Below are positions 1 through 8,415 of a DNA stretch of 29,094 nt, piece by piece (positions within the stretch are counted from its first letter, which is position 1; every line of letters starts with the position of its first letter). The notes beneath the pieces were generated by a model. The model saw only the letters and a program-made list of their open reading frames with translations. It searched no databases and was not told where the DNA came from. Origin of the DNA: a virus (lineage: Duplodnaviria; Heunggongvirae; Uroviricota; Caudoviricetes). The translations under genes and the position numbers were made by a program. The stretch lies in IMG/VR virus record IMGVR_UViG_2778261543_000004, positions 1 to 29,094 of that record; one strand, written 5' to 3'.

Positions 1-447
1 TCGGTGGCGGCGGCACAGTTGGTGTGGCGGCCTCAGTCCGGAACAATTTGAAAACCAGAACCTCGCTTAGGCCTGTGTCCATATTACGTGGGTAGGATCA
101 ATCCACACTCTCCGTCGAATCACCGGTACAACGTTAGCGGTTACCTTCTCCACTTTCACAGAACCTAACGGCACTTCGCTGTCGGATGCTTTTGCTCTTT
201 GGAATTATCAAAGCGGCAGATATTCTTTCATCTTAAATTTTACGTCTTTGTCCTGACTGATGTTTATCCTGTTTGGCTGCGAAATAAATATAAAATTAAT
301 ATATATATTGTAATGATATATTTTTATAAATTATTCCCTGCGTGAATTTTAATAAATTTAATCTATCCCTTTATACGCAATACATTTACTTTCCTCTTTT
401 GATGATCTTAAATGTCTTATTTTTCGTAATGTGTATAACAAGGAATA

Positions 448-966
448 GTGATGAAATTTAAAAAATGTCTTCTGCCTGTGGCAATGTTAGCGTCATTCAC
501 TCTGGCAGGATGCCAGTCAAATGCTGACGATCATGCCGCCGATGTTTATCAAACCGATCAACTGAATACCAAACAAGAAACTAAAACCGTTAATATTATT
601 TCCATTCTTCCCGCAAAAGTTGCCGTAGACAACTCCCAAAATAAACGGAACGCACAAGCCTTCGGCGCGCTTATTGGCGCAGTCGCTGGCGGTGTTATCG
701 GCCACAACGTCGGTTCTGGCAGCAATTCCGGAACGACGGCAGGGGCAGTTGGCGGCGGAGCTGTAGGCGCGGCAGTGGGTTCTATGGTGAATGATAAAAC
801 CTTAGTGGAAGGTGTTTCTTTAACATATAAGGAAGGCACCAAAGTGTATACCTCTACCCAGGTGGGTAAAGAGTGCCAGTTTACGACAGGTTTAGCCGTT
901 GTTATTACCACAACGTATAACGAAACGCGTATTCAGCCAAATACTAAATGTCCTGAAAAGAGCTAA
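448..966 (+). CDS. yfgH: Outer-membrane lipoprotein with glycine-zipper segment (YfgH-like)
   Basis: Signal peptide plus lipobox LAGC|Q at the N-terminus; Gly/Ala-rich glycine-zipper stretch (GALIGAVAGGVIGHNVG...GAVGGGAVGAAVG); AAGGA RBS upstream. Symbol assigned from recalled size (172 aa), architecture and the adjacent 179-aa gene, not from an alignment. Confidence 0.75.
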   Translation: MMKFKKCLLPVAMLASFTLAGCQSNADDHAADVYQTDQLNTKQETKTVNIISILPAKVAVDNSQNKRNAQAFGALIGAVAGGVIGHNVGSGSNSGTTAGAVGGGAVGAAVGSMVNDKTLVEGVSLTYKEGTKVYTSTQVGKECQFTTGLAVVITTTYNETRIQPNTKCPEKS

Positions 967-981
967 TAATCAGGAGGAGTC

Positions 982-1521
982 ATGAAGAAAGTTTTTCTTT
1001 GCGCCATCTTGGCCTCCTTAAGCTATCCGGCTATCGCCTCATCATTGCAGGATCAACTCTCTGCTGTAGCAGAAGCTGAACAGCAAGGTAAAAATGAAGA
1101 GCAAAGGCAGCATGACGAATGGGTCGCGGAGCGCAACAGGGAAATCCAGCAAGAGAAGCAACGTCGCGCAAATGCCCAGGCCGCCGCTAACAAAAGAGCG
1201 GCAACGGCAGCGGCAAATAAGAAAGCTCGTCAGGATAAACTGGACGCCGAAGCCTCTGCGGACAAAAAACGCGATCAAAGTTATGAAGATGAGCTACGCA
1301 GCTTAGAGATTCAGAAACAAAAACTGGCGCTGGCAAAAGAAGAAGCCCGCGTTAAGCGAGAAAACGAATTTATCGATCAGGAACTGAAGCACAAAGCTGC
1401 GCAAACCGATGTGGTGCAATCTGAAGCTGACGCCAACAGAAATATGACTGAAGGCGGTCGCGATCTGATGAAAAGCGTGGGCAAAGCAGAAGAGAACAAA
1501 TCGGACAGCTGGTTTAATTAA
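982..1521 (+). CDS. yfgI: Secreted highly charged coiled-coil protein (YfgI-like)
   Basis: Strong RBS AGGAGG 6 nt before the ATG; cleavable signal peptide (MKKVFLCAILASLSYPAIA|SS); K/E/Q/A-rich mature region; followed by an intrinsic terminator. Symbol tentative, based on size (179 aa) and pairing with the upstream lipoprotein. Confidence 0.7.
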   Translation: MKKVFLCAILASLSYPAIASSLQDQLSAVAEAEQQGKNEEQRQHDEWVAERNREIQQEKQRRANAQAAANKRAATAAANKKARQDKLDAEASADKKRDQSYEDELRSLEIQKQKLALAKEEARVKRENEFIDQELKHKAAQTDVVQSEADANRNMTEGGRDLMKSVGKAEENKSDSWFN

Positions 1522-1565
1522 TCGATGTTAGTAACTTCAAGCCTATGATTCTTGAAGATAAAAAA

Positions 1566-1590
1566 CCCTCTGTAGTAACAGAGGGTTTTG
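1566..1590. terminator. Bidirectional rho-independent terminator between host genes and prophage lysis cassette
   Basis: Hairpin CCCTCTG-tagtaa-CAGAGGG flanked by an A-run 5' and a T-run 3', so each strand sees stem plus U-tail. Confidence 0.8.
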
Positions 1591-1740
1591 TTCATTCATA
1601 GTGCAGGGATTAAAATCATTCCCACTCAATTATTTACGGCATATATAACCAATTGACTGGTAACAAATTTATAAGTCAAATTTTTCACCGTACCGTTTTA
1701 TATACCGTCACCGGAAATCAGTACCATGGAAAATGCCATG

Positions 1741-2223
1741 TCACCGGGTCAGTGAATCGTACTGCTTTTCACAGACTCGTCCGGCTTCGGCGGCCCGGTC
1801 AGCGTACTCTGCCAGTTGTCGGTTTCGCTCGAGAGATTTGCTGAGCACGTCGGCAAGCAAAACTCCGGTGTCTGCGGCTGACGTCCCAGCGCCGACAGTG
1901 GCGTTATACTGCCTGAGCTGCTCACGGATGGCAACGAGCTGTTGCTGCAACCTGCCAGCACGAGCGGCAGCATCAAGAGCATCATTACGCGCCTGGTCGA
2001 TCCTCTGCTGCGCTTCACGTTCATTGGTCGCTTTCTCCTGTTCGTCATGCTGACGAGCTTTCTCATCTTCGGCTTTGCGGTCTGCCTTTGCCTGCGCATA
2101 CCCGGCGTCGTACTGTCGATCGCCGTGAGCATTCCAGGCAATCCTGCAGCCGATCACCAGAGCAGCAAGCATCATCACGATAAACAACTGTTTCCAGTAC
2201 GCTTTAACGAATGCCCGGATCAT
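1741..2223 (-). CDS. Phage i-spanin (Rz-like lysis protein)
   Basis: N-terminal transmembrane helix then long Q/R/A/E-rich coiled coil; start overlaps the endolysin stop (ATGA); last gene of the lysis cassette. Confidence 0.75.
   Translation of the reverse strand: MIRAFVKAYWKQLFIVMMLAALVIGCRIAWNAHGDRQYDAGYAQAKADRKAEDEKARQHDEQEKATNEREAQQRIDQARNDALDAAARAGRLQQQLVAIREQLRQYNATVGAGTSAADTGVLLADVLSKSLERNRQLAEYADRAAEAGRVCEKQYDSLTR
1749..1985 (-). CDS. Putative o-spanin (Rz1-like lipoprotein) embedded in the Rz frame
   Basis: Alternative frame inside Rz beginning MMLLMLPLVLAGC (lipobox LAGC), with a Pro/Ser-rich mature part; embedded layout as in lambda Rz/Rz1. Confidence 0.45.
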   Translation of the reverse strand: MMLLMLPLVLAGCSNSSLPSVSSSGSITPLSALGRQPQTPEFCLPTCSANLSSETDNWQSTLTGPPKPDESVKSSTIH

Positions 2224-2849
2224 ACCGCCAGCACCTTACTGGCAGTGATGTACCGCGCGCACCGGTCGTCGATGCCGTTCTGCCCACCATTGATGATCTG
2301 CGTGACGCGCACCAGGTCGCCGGTGTATTTCATGCAGCCTTTTGTTGCGAAGAACCACGCCGCGCTGCGGGCCGCGTATTCGTCCTGCGCCAGCAGCTCC
2401 GGCTGGCTAACCAGCTCAATTTTGAGCCCGTTGCCGCAGTCCCGGTAGTTGTTCAGGCCGGTGATCTGGATAAGTCCGCGCCCGCGGTAGAACCAGCCGT
2501 CGGTCGGCCCGTTGTTCCCCATGCGCTTGCCGTACACCAGATTGGCGATCGCACGCTGGCGCTCCAGCGGTAACGATGGCTCACCAGCACGGCGGCCCAG
2601 CTCGTTGGCCTGACCCTGAGTGAGACGCCCGGCGCGGACGAATCCTACCAGCCCGTTCACGCTGTAGTTGAAGTTCTCCTGCAGCCGTGTGAATCCGCCT
2701 GACTCATGCCCCACCTGCGCGATAAACATCGCCTGATGCAGAGGATTCTCGATGCCAAACTCTTTCATGGCTGCGGTGATATGCAGATACCAGCGCGTGG
2801 CCAGTACCTCACTGATACCAGCTGCACGCTGGAATTGTTTAATGTCCAT
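2220..2849 (-). CDS. Endolysin, glycoside hydrolase family 19 (chitinase-like lysozyme)
   Basis: GH19-type motifs (FIAQVGHESGGF, GRGLIQITG, NYRDCG); lies between holin and spanin; overlaps the holin 3' end. Confidence 0.85.
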   Translation of the reverse strand: MDIKQFQRAAGISEVLATRWYLHITAAMKEFGIENPLHQAMFIAQVGHESGGFTRLQENFNYSVNGLVGFVRAGRLTQGQANELGRRAGEPSLPLERQRAIANLVYGKRMGNNGPTDGWFYRGRGLIQITGLNNYRDCGNGLKIELVSQPELLAQDEYAARSAAWFFATKGCMKYTGDLVRVTQIINGGQNGIDDRCARYITASKVLAV

Positions 2850-3132
2850 GCTGGGACCTCGTTATCTTGAAGATTTGAACCACGTTCCCTTTTGTCTTGA
2901 TGAGAGCAGCCAGGAACACAGCTTTGATGATGACTTCTGACCAGTCGGCGCTGACGTAGTACCCGTAGAACGTTCGGATAGGTACGCTGGCAGCCACGAC
3001 GATCAGCAGGTAGGCGAGCCATCCACCCCACCAGCGATGGCGTGACCCGTCACGGCGGAATAGCAGGACTCGGATTGCAATGCCGCCGCAGATAGCGGCG
3101 TTCAGGATGAGAAGCAGTTCAGGACTGGTCAT
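2839..3132 (-). CDS. Holin
   Basis: 97-aa protein with hydrophobic helices and a charged C-terminus, immediately upstream of and overlapping the endolysin. Confidence 0.7.
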   Translation of the reverse strand: MTSPELLLILNAAICGGIAIRVLLFRRDGSRHRWWGGWLAYLLIVVAASVPIRTFYGYYVSADWSEVIIKAVFLAALIKTKGNVVQIFKITRSQHGH

Positions 3133-3523
3133 CGTCTTTTCTCCCCGGGATCAGGTCGCGCGGATTTTCAGAACGGTGATACAGCCAGATGCCAATGCGG
3201 ACAGCGACGATAGACGATACGAATGCCCCGGCAGAAAACACAATGCCCTTCTCGAAAGAGTCAGGTGTGATTTTCGGGATCCAGCTCGCTATTCCGATAA
3301 GCAATGTCGCTGTGGCTTTATAGAAGAGAACTCCGCATAGGTAGCTGAGGAACGCCAGCAGTAACCGACGCTTAATCGGATACTCTACTGCCGAGGTAAC
3401 AAAAATTACCGCACCAGCAAGCGAACCTAACGCTACCTCGGGAGGGACACCGACGACAACTGAAGCCAGCGCACCCAGGCTAAGCCCCTGATTCAGCGAT
3501 TCCGTGGTTAACGTGTGCGACAT
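3119..3523 (-). CDS. Phage membrane protein, putative second holin or antiholin
   Basis: About 134 aa from the ATG at 3523 (MSHTLTTES...), 3-4 predicted transmembrane helices; first gene of the lysis operon, overlapping the holin start. Confidence 0.6.
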   Translation of the reverse strand: MSHTLTTESLNQGLSLGALASVVVGVPPEVALGSLAGAVIFVTSAVEYPIKRRLLLAFLSYLCGVLFYKATATLLIGIASWIPKITPDSFEKGIVFSAGAFVSSIVAVRIGIWLYHRSENPRDLIPGRKDDDQS

Positions 3524-3585
3524 AGTGACCACCGTTTAATGTGCATAAAGAACCCCCTTAGTTGGTGAGTTCATCATACACAATA

Positions 3586-3641
3586 AACCATATGTGGTTT
3601 AATTATGATCGGAATGCTCTTAACGAAATTACCTTACGGGT
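3586..3641 (-). promoter_or_regulatory. Late-operon upstream element, copy C (ATTACCTTACGGGT plus AACCATATGTGGTT)
   Basis: Third copy of the bipartite motif also found upstream of the tailspike and portal operons; lies between the acetyltransferase terminator and the lysis operon start. Confidence 0.45.
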
Positions 3642-3666
3642 ATTAAAAAGCCCACCTGAGTGGGCT
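3641..3666 (-). terminator. Rho-independent terminator after the acetyltransferase moron
   Basis: Hairpin AGCCCAC-ctga-GTGGGCT followed on the - strand by TTTTTAATA. Confidence 0.7.
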
Positions 3667-3670
3667 TCTA

Positions 3671-4659
3671 TTACTTGGTTAAGCTTGCTGGCAGGTGGCT
3701 TTTAATTATGTTTTTACCGATGAACACTGACCCTTCATCAGTAGGGTGACCGTAATCCATGGACATAAGCGTAAAGCCACTATCTACCCTTGACCTACAC
3801 TTCAGTTCTGTACCTTCACGTGCACACAAGCCATCAAGTATGTCGACAAAATCATATCCTTCATTGTCTTTTGATATCGTCTTCATTTTGTTATTTGTCG
3901 CGACAATCTGTTTATCCAAAAATCTGTTATCAATGTAAATATCATTGGGATTATAGTTTTTCGCAACAATAAGCGGCAGGCTCCCTTTCCACTGAGGAAC
4001 AGGACCAAGGACTATAACTTTTTTAACACCCAGTGCGTGTATTTTTTCAGCAATATCTTGCCAGTCTGTTTCTTCATGCTGGAATCTCTGAGCTAATACC
4101 ACAACATCAGGTTTAACAATATTTATATCTTCAATGGCTTTTTCATTGGATAGATTACATCCAATTGTGGCACTTATAACTCCAGGGAATTTATGGAGAC
4201 TCGGTTTACAACTTGAAGCAGCAAGTTGATAGAATGGAACGCCATCTTTTAGAAGTGATCTTATCCCTAAAGAAAGTGCTCCCGCGTGAGAGTCTCCCCA
4301 TAAGAAGACACCTCCCCTTTTATCAGTATCGACACATGATTTATCGATATGATCCAGTTTTTCACTGCTGTTACATTTATCCCACATCCCATTATTATCA
4401 AACCGATATCCATCGTAATGCACCACAGTTTCATTACCGGTAGTTTTTGTGATACTTCGCATATCAGTGTTAGCGCCATTAGAAATATATATACCAACAG
4501 CTAAAGCTAATGATGCAAAGTACAGAAACTCCTTTTTAACGCCGCCTCTACTTTTGAAAACACTTTCTATATATTTAAATGACAACATACCCATCGCCAC
4601 TGACGCAACAATTCCAATGAGCGTTGTTAATATAGAAACACCACCATATGTATTATATA
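3671..4659 (-). CDS. O-antigen acetyltransferase, C-terminal SGNH-hydrolase fragment (frameshifted)
   Basis: Last AT3 helix (GGVSILTTLIGIVASVAMGMLSF) followed by an SGNH/GDSL-like domain (GVFLWGDSHAGALS...); upstream of ~4660 this frame is not meaningful, so it is the downstream half of a split gene. Confidence 0.7.
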
Positions 4660-5528
4660 TATAGATAGATCGGCCAGTGCCACAAATAAATTGAATATGA
4701 ATACAACCCAATCTTTTGCGCAAAAGATGAATCTAAGATAATGTTATCAGAACACGACCACAATATGATCATCGTGCCGATGATAGGCAGCAGCGCATTG
4801 TAGCTAGGCCAGTACGATTCCTCGCTAAAAATAAAGCAGGATACTAATATGGTAGCAATCCCGATATATGGGAAAGGTTTTCGTTTAAATATTGATGTCG
4901 GGAAAAGATAAACCACGCCGCCAGCAATCATCTCCCATGCCCTTGTTGGAAGCAAGAAATATGATGAGCTAACTAAAATCCTAGATGCATAAATGCTAAG
5001 TGCTAAACTTAATAGGCCTGCAATCAGAATTAATATCCTAGATACCTTTAAACTGAAAGCCTTTCTGATAATATAAATGGCTAAAGGATATATAATATAG
5101 AATTGCCATTCTACAGATAGAGACCAAGTATGAAGTAACCACTTCTCTTCTGCACCAGGAGCAAAGTAGCTTGACTCCTTCCAATAGACGATATTTGAAA
5201 CAAATAGAAGGCTTGACGCAGCGTGCTTCGCCAATGTCTTAAATTCAGGAGTGTACATGTTGTACCATCCGTATACCATTACGCAAATTAGCATAACGGC
5301 AAGCGCAGGCACTATCCTTCTGGCTCGTGCTTTATAAAAGCCCCACAGAGAAAATTTATTTCCTTCTAATCCGCCAAATATTATTGACGTCATCAAAAAA
5401 CCAGAAATTACAAAGAATACATCTACGCCAACAAATCCACTCGGGACCCATCCTCTGTTGAAGTGGAACAGGACTACAGCAAGAACTGCTATAGCCCTGA
5501 CTCCATTGATATCCTTCCTGAAGTCCAT
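4653..5528 (-). CDS. O-antigen acetyltransferase, N-terminal acyltransferase-3 membrane fragment (frameshifted)
   Basis: Typical AT3 N-terminus (RAIAVLAVVLFHF...GFVGVDVFFVISGFLMT) and multiple transmembrane helices, ending ...YLWHWPIYLYI at a stop inside a (TA)5 tract. Confidence 0.75.
   Translation of the reverse strand: MDFRKDINGVRAIAVLAVVLFHFNRGWVPSGFVGVDVFFVISGFLMTSIIFGGLEGNKFSLWGFYKARARRIVPALAVMLICVMVYGWYNMYTPEFKTLAKHAASSLLFVSNIVYWKESSYFAPGAEEKWLLHTWSLSVEWQFYIIYPLAIYIIRKAFSLKVSRILILIAGLLSLALSIYASRILVSSSYFLLPTRAWEMIAGGVVYLFPTSIFKRKPFPYIGIATILVSCFIFSEESYWPSYNALLPIIGTMIILWSCSDNIILDSSFAQKIGLYSYSIYLWHWPIYLYI
4655..4663. repeat. (TA)n dinucleotide tract at the acetyltransferase frameshift
   Basis: ATATATATA at the junction of the two acetyltransferase reading frames; adding one TA unit fuses them into a single ~619-aa ORF. 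Confidence 0.8.
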
Positions 5529-5625
5529 GCCTCAATGCCTCACACAGTTACGATACGAGGCATGTTATACATTTAGACTGTGGATTTCATCATTTAAGCA
5601 AAAGTTAGTTTGAATCGTTCAAGTA

Positions 5626-7920
5626 TTACGCTATCACTTTAAGTGTGAGTTTGTACATCAGGCTTACACCGGTTGCTGATATCGGCGTCTGCAGTACCAC
5701 CGCTGTGTTGCTTGCTGATACCACTGCTAATGGAGCGCTTGATCCAGCTGAAGATTGCGAGCTTGCCACGACATGCGCAGTGTAGTCATCGATTCTAAAT
5801 CCTGTTGGGGCGTCGAGTTGCACCCTGCCATCGCCAGCATTGATAACTTTTGTTTGCCATGCGTTATGCCTGCTATATCCGTTGCGTATGTAGTCGTACG
5901 TCTCATTGGCCTTCATGTATCTTTCCATATACATGCAACCAATAGATTCAATGCACTGATAGTTTGCTGGAGCCAGCTTAAGGTTGGTTGATGCTCCGCC
6001 AAGTCTTGAAGCACCCCCAAGATGCATTCCGCATTGCTCGAACGTGATCTTCGAGGATGGGTCTACAGTAACTACGTATGGTGCAAAGGTGCTATCTGTA
6101 TACTTTGAAAGAACAGGCGCATAGTGTTTTACCGATATGTTACTAAACTGACCGACGTATATTAAGCTTCGATTTGAAGATGCAATAGCTGTCTCATCGG
6201 CAGCACCCATAAGAGTTCTCATCACCTTAGCAACGCCTTGAGTTCCAAGCCCCTTGATTAATACACCATCAGTGGAGTCTTGGAGATAATGAAGCTTAAA
6301 TTCTGCTTCAACGCTACCGATGCAATTAATATGGGCACCTTCCCACGCTTCTATCCCCATATCAAATGTTACGTTACTGCACGTATCAAGCGTAATGCCC
6401 ATTGCTGTTTCATTTACACTGTCGTAGTTGCCGTACTGCGCAAGCGCTCCTTCAAACCAACCGTGGAATTTTGCATAATTACAGTTCTTCAGATAGATGG
6501 GGAATGGGGTATGATCCGCCTGAAGTTCAATATGATGTGATGTAGTTGAGCCTCCAACCGTGTCCTTTTCCGGTGATAAGCTTACGGCGTCAAAGTAAAC
6601 GCCCTTGTGGCAAGAATCAAATCTAATAATCCCTTGCGTTCCCCACGCGCTGTATCCAAAACATGCATATTCAGCACCAAACATGCTCACATCCAAATTT
6701 GCTTTTATAGCCATATTTAGGTGTAAAGCAATGGTGCCAAGTCCTTTACTTGCAACATGCCTTGCGGTGTCCCACTTAAAGGTTAATCCCTTAATGGTCA
6801 AATCCCTAAATGCAGAGTCAGAGCTACCAGCTTCATCAGAATCCATAACTCTGCCAATGCATAGCTGCCCGAATTGATAGCTCGAAGAATTGCTAGGGAC
6901 AGATCTAATAAACCCAGTGGTAAAGTCAAAACCTCCTAGAGGCGGTGCGATCCAGGCTGATTTTTGTCCGAATTCTAAATAATCAGTACTCCCAAAGTGA
7001 TACATCTTATTTTTTTTAACATTGATTTGGCACTTCCCTCTGGCATAGTTCTCAGCCGCCTGGCAAGCTGCCCAATCGATGGTCTGAGTTAATGATGTTA
7101 CGAACGGGTATACGGCCTGGGCAGCGGACAGTGTAAGGTATCGCTCAGATAAAGGATGGGCGGTACCGTCCCCGATCGCCCCAAACTGCTCGGGAGTAAC
7201 GTAGATCAACAGTTGAGAAAGGTTTCCCTGAGGCTGCACACCAATAAGCGTCGGCCCGGTTGGCTTTGCCAGTTCAACAAAAACATCTGTTGCCGATCCA
7301 GATGGTGGCATCGTTACATATGGATTGCCTGCGCTGTCGAACGCAATAATTTTGTTCGCCCTGGTCGCAGCATTCGGTAACGAAGGAATTGGTTCTGGAG
7401 TTCTGAGAGTGCGGCTAAGGTTAGAGCTGGCAACGCCATCAACATAATTTTTGGTCGCCGCGTCCTGAGGGTCCCGAGGGTCGCGCACATTCCTGATGTA
7501 GTTGTTTAGGGCATCGTACCAGTTGGCGATACTCGACGGCTTACGCAGCGCCAGGCGGAACATGCTGCCAACCTGCTGTATCAGCATCGTCAGTTTATCG
7601 AATGCGTCTTCATGCACCTCAGCGAAGAACTTACCCTGGTTGCGCAGATCGGTATCCTGCGTAACCGGTAGCTCTCTTGATATAGAGATCTGATAACCGT
7701 TGGCCAATGCCTTCGACAGTATTATATTACCGCCGCTATAGCCTCCCGCACCAGTGACTATGTAATCAGTATCAAGAATCAGCTCTGTGATGTTCTCGTT
7801 CAGGTCAACAACCTGCACTACTAAATCAGATTTCTGGAAAATCCTGAAGGTATAAGGGAATGTCGTTGTAACACCGTTACCGGTGTATTCGTTGTGGTCA
7901 ACTTCGGTTGAGACCGTCAT
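5626..7920 (-). CDS. Tailspike / receptor-binding protein with beta-helix depolymerase-like domain
   Basis: 764 aa; conserved podovirus tail-fibre N-terminal anchor (MTVSTEVDHNEYTGNGVTTTFPYTF...); central pectate-lyase-like motif (FGAIGDGTAHPLS...); position after the internal virion proteins as T7 gp17 / epsilon15 tailspike. Confidence 0.8.
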   Translation of the reverse strand: MTVSTEVDHNEYTGNGVTTTFPYTFRIFQKSDLVVQVVDLNENITELILDTDYIVTGAGGYSGGNIILSKALANGYQISISRELPVTQDTDLRNQGKFFAEVHEDAFDKLTMLIQQVGSMFRLALRKPSSIANWYDALNNYIRNVRDPRDPQDAATKNYVDGVASSNLSRTLRTPEPIPSLPNAATRANKIIAFDSAGNPYVTMPPSGSATDVFVELAKPTGPTLIGVQPQGNLSQLLIYVTPEQFGAIGDGTAHPLSERYLTLSAAQAVYPFVTSLTQTIDWAACQAAENYARGKCQINVKKNKMYHFGSTDYLEFGQKSAWIAPPLGGFDFTTGFIRSVPSNSSSYQFGQLCIGRVMDSDEAGSSDSAFRDLTIKGLTFKWDTARHVASKGLGTIALHLNMAIKANLDVSMFGAEYACFGYSAWGTQGIIRFDSCHKGVYFDAVSLSPEKDTVGGSTTSHHIELQADHTPFPIYLKNCNYAKFHGWFEGALAQYGNYDSVNETAMGITLDTCSNVTFDMGIEAWEGAHINCIGSVEAEFKLHYLQDSTDGVLIKGLGTQGVAKVMRTLMGAADETAIASSNRSLIYVGQFSNISVKHYAPVLSKYTDSTFAPYVVTVDPSSKITFEQCGMHLGGASRLGGASTNLKLAPANYQCIESIGCMYMERYMKANETYDYIRNGYSRHNAWQTKVINAGDGRVQLDAPTGFRIDDYTAHVVASSQSSAGSSAPLAVVSASNTAVVLQTPISATGVSLMYKLTLKVIA

Positions 7921-7972
7921 GTTAAATCTCCAGATAGTCGCAGCACCCGTTGCGCCGCATATCCGGTTATTC

Positions 7973-8037
7973 TATTACCTGAAAAACCATATATGGATAG
8001 ACAACCCATAAATACGAACAGATATTACCTTTCAGGT
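7973..8037 (-). promoter_or_regulatory. Late-operon upstream element, copy A (TATTACCT, CCATATATGG, TATTACCTTTCAGGT)
   Basis: 15-bp exact repeat TATTACCTTTCAGGT (8023-8037) shared with 24633-24647, plus perfect palindrome CCATATATGG (7987-7996); upstream of the tailspike start. Confidence 0.5.
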
Positions 8038-8076
8038 GATTCGCAAAACGTGCTGGATAGCAAATAAATTATTTGA

Positions 8077-8096
8077 TACTGTATATTTATACAGTT
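8077..8096 (+). promoter_or_regulatory. LexA operator (SOS box)
   Basis: TACTGTATATTTATACAGTT matches the LexA consensus TACTGTATATATATACAGTA (CTGT-N8-ACAG core); TTGATA -35-like hexamer overlaps its 5' edge; 20 bp upstream of the 8116 ATG. Confidence 0.8.
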
Positions 8097-8115
8097 ATTG
8101 CATGGAGAAGATAAG

Positions 8116-8373
8116 ATGCAGCAGTATCACTATCCACTGGAAGACGGATTTACCGAAAGGATTCACACGCCGGGAGGCGTCAGATCACTGGTGGAGGGAT
8201 CGCACTTGATGAAATTACTCCGGGAGCTCGATAAGGATGGATTTAATGTCGATGGCCCACTTGCCGAACTGACTGCACTGATTAACTACGTCACCAGCTC
8301 ACAGATGTCTATGCGGGATCTGCAAACACATCTCGACTATTGTGCCGAACAATTACGAAAACAAACCACATAA
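8116..8373 (+). CDS. SOS-regulated small hypothetical protein (moron in late region)
   Basis: 85-aa ORF from ATG 8116 with GGAG RBS 8 nt upstream, directly behind the LexA box; opposite strand to the flanking structural genes. No recognisable family; not DinI-like by eye. Confidence 0.65.
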   Translation: MQQYHYPLEDGFTERIHTPGGVRSLVEGSHLMKLLRELDKDGFNVDGPLAELTALINYVTSSQMSMRDLQTHLDYCAEQLRKQTT

Positions 8374-8379
8374 AGAAAA

Positions 8380-8408
8380 GGCCGCTAGAGCGGCCTGTGA
8401 CATGTCAC
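8380..8408. terminator. Hairpin plus GTGACATGTCAC palindrome between convergent genes
   Basis: GGCCGC-taga-GCGGCC hairpin (8380-8395) adjacent to GTGACATGTCAC (8397-8408); T-tract lies on the - strand (TTTTCTTTAT), so it best terminates the - strand small ORF. Confidence 0.65.
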
Positions 8409-8415
8409 GCTCACG

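Noticed and set aside
1-447. Possible 3' end of an upstream host gene or a small ORF in the leader region
   Set aside because: All three forward frames hit stops within ~100 nt and no ORF has an RBS; treated as an AT-rich promoter region for the lipoprotein gene.
1733-2573. Plus-strand ORFs (1733-2053, 1942-2448, 2211-2573) across the spanin and endolysin region
   Set aside because: Antisense to the lysis genes; Cys/Ser/Arg-rich nonsense-like translations.
4660-4723. N-terminal extension of the SGNH ORF (MRKRLGCIHIQFICGTGRS...) from a TTG start
   Set aside because: It is the out-of-frame read of the last AT3 helices; the real polypeptide comes from the other frame up to the (TA)5 tract.
8116-8373. 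Calling the LexA-regulated protein DinI-like or Tum-like
   Set aside because: Its sequence does not resemble DinI or any antirepressor I can recall; only the regulatory logic is shared, so no family name is assigned.
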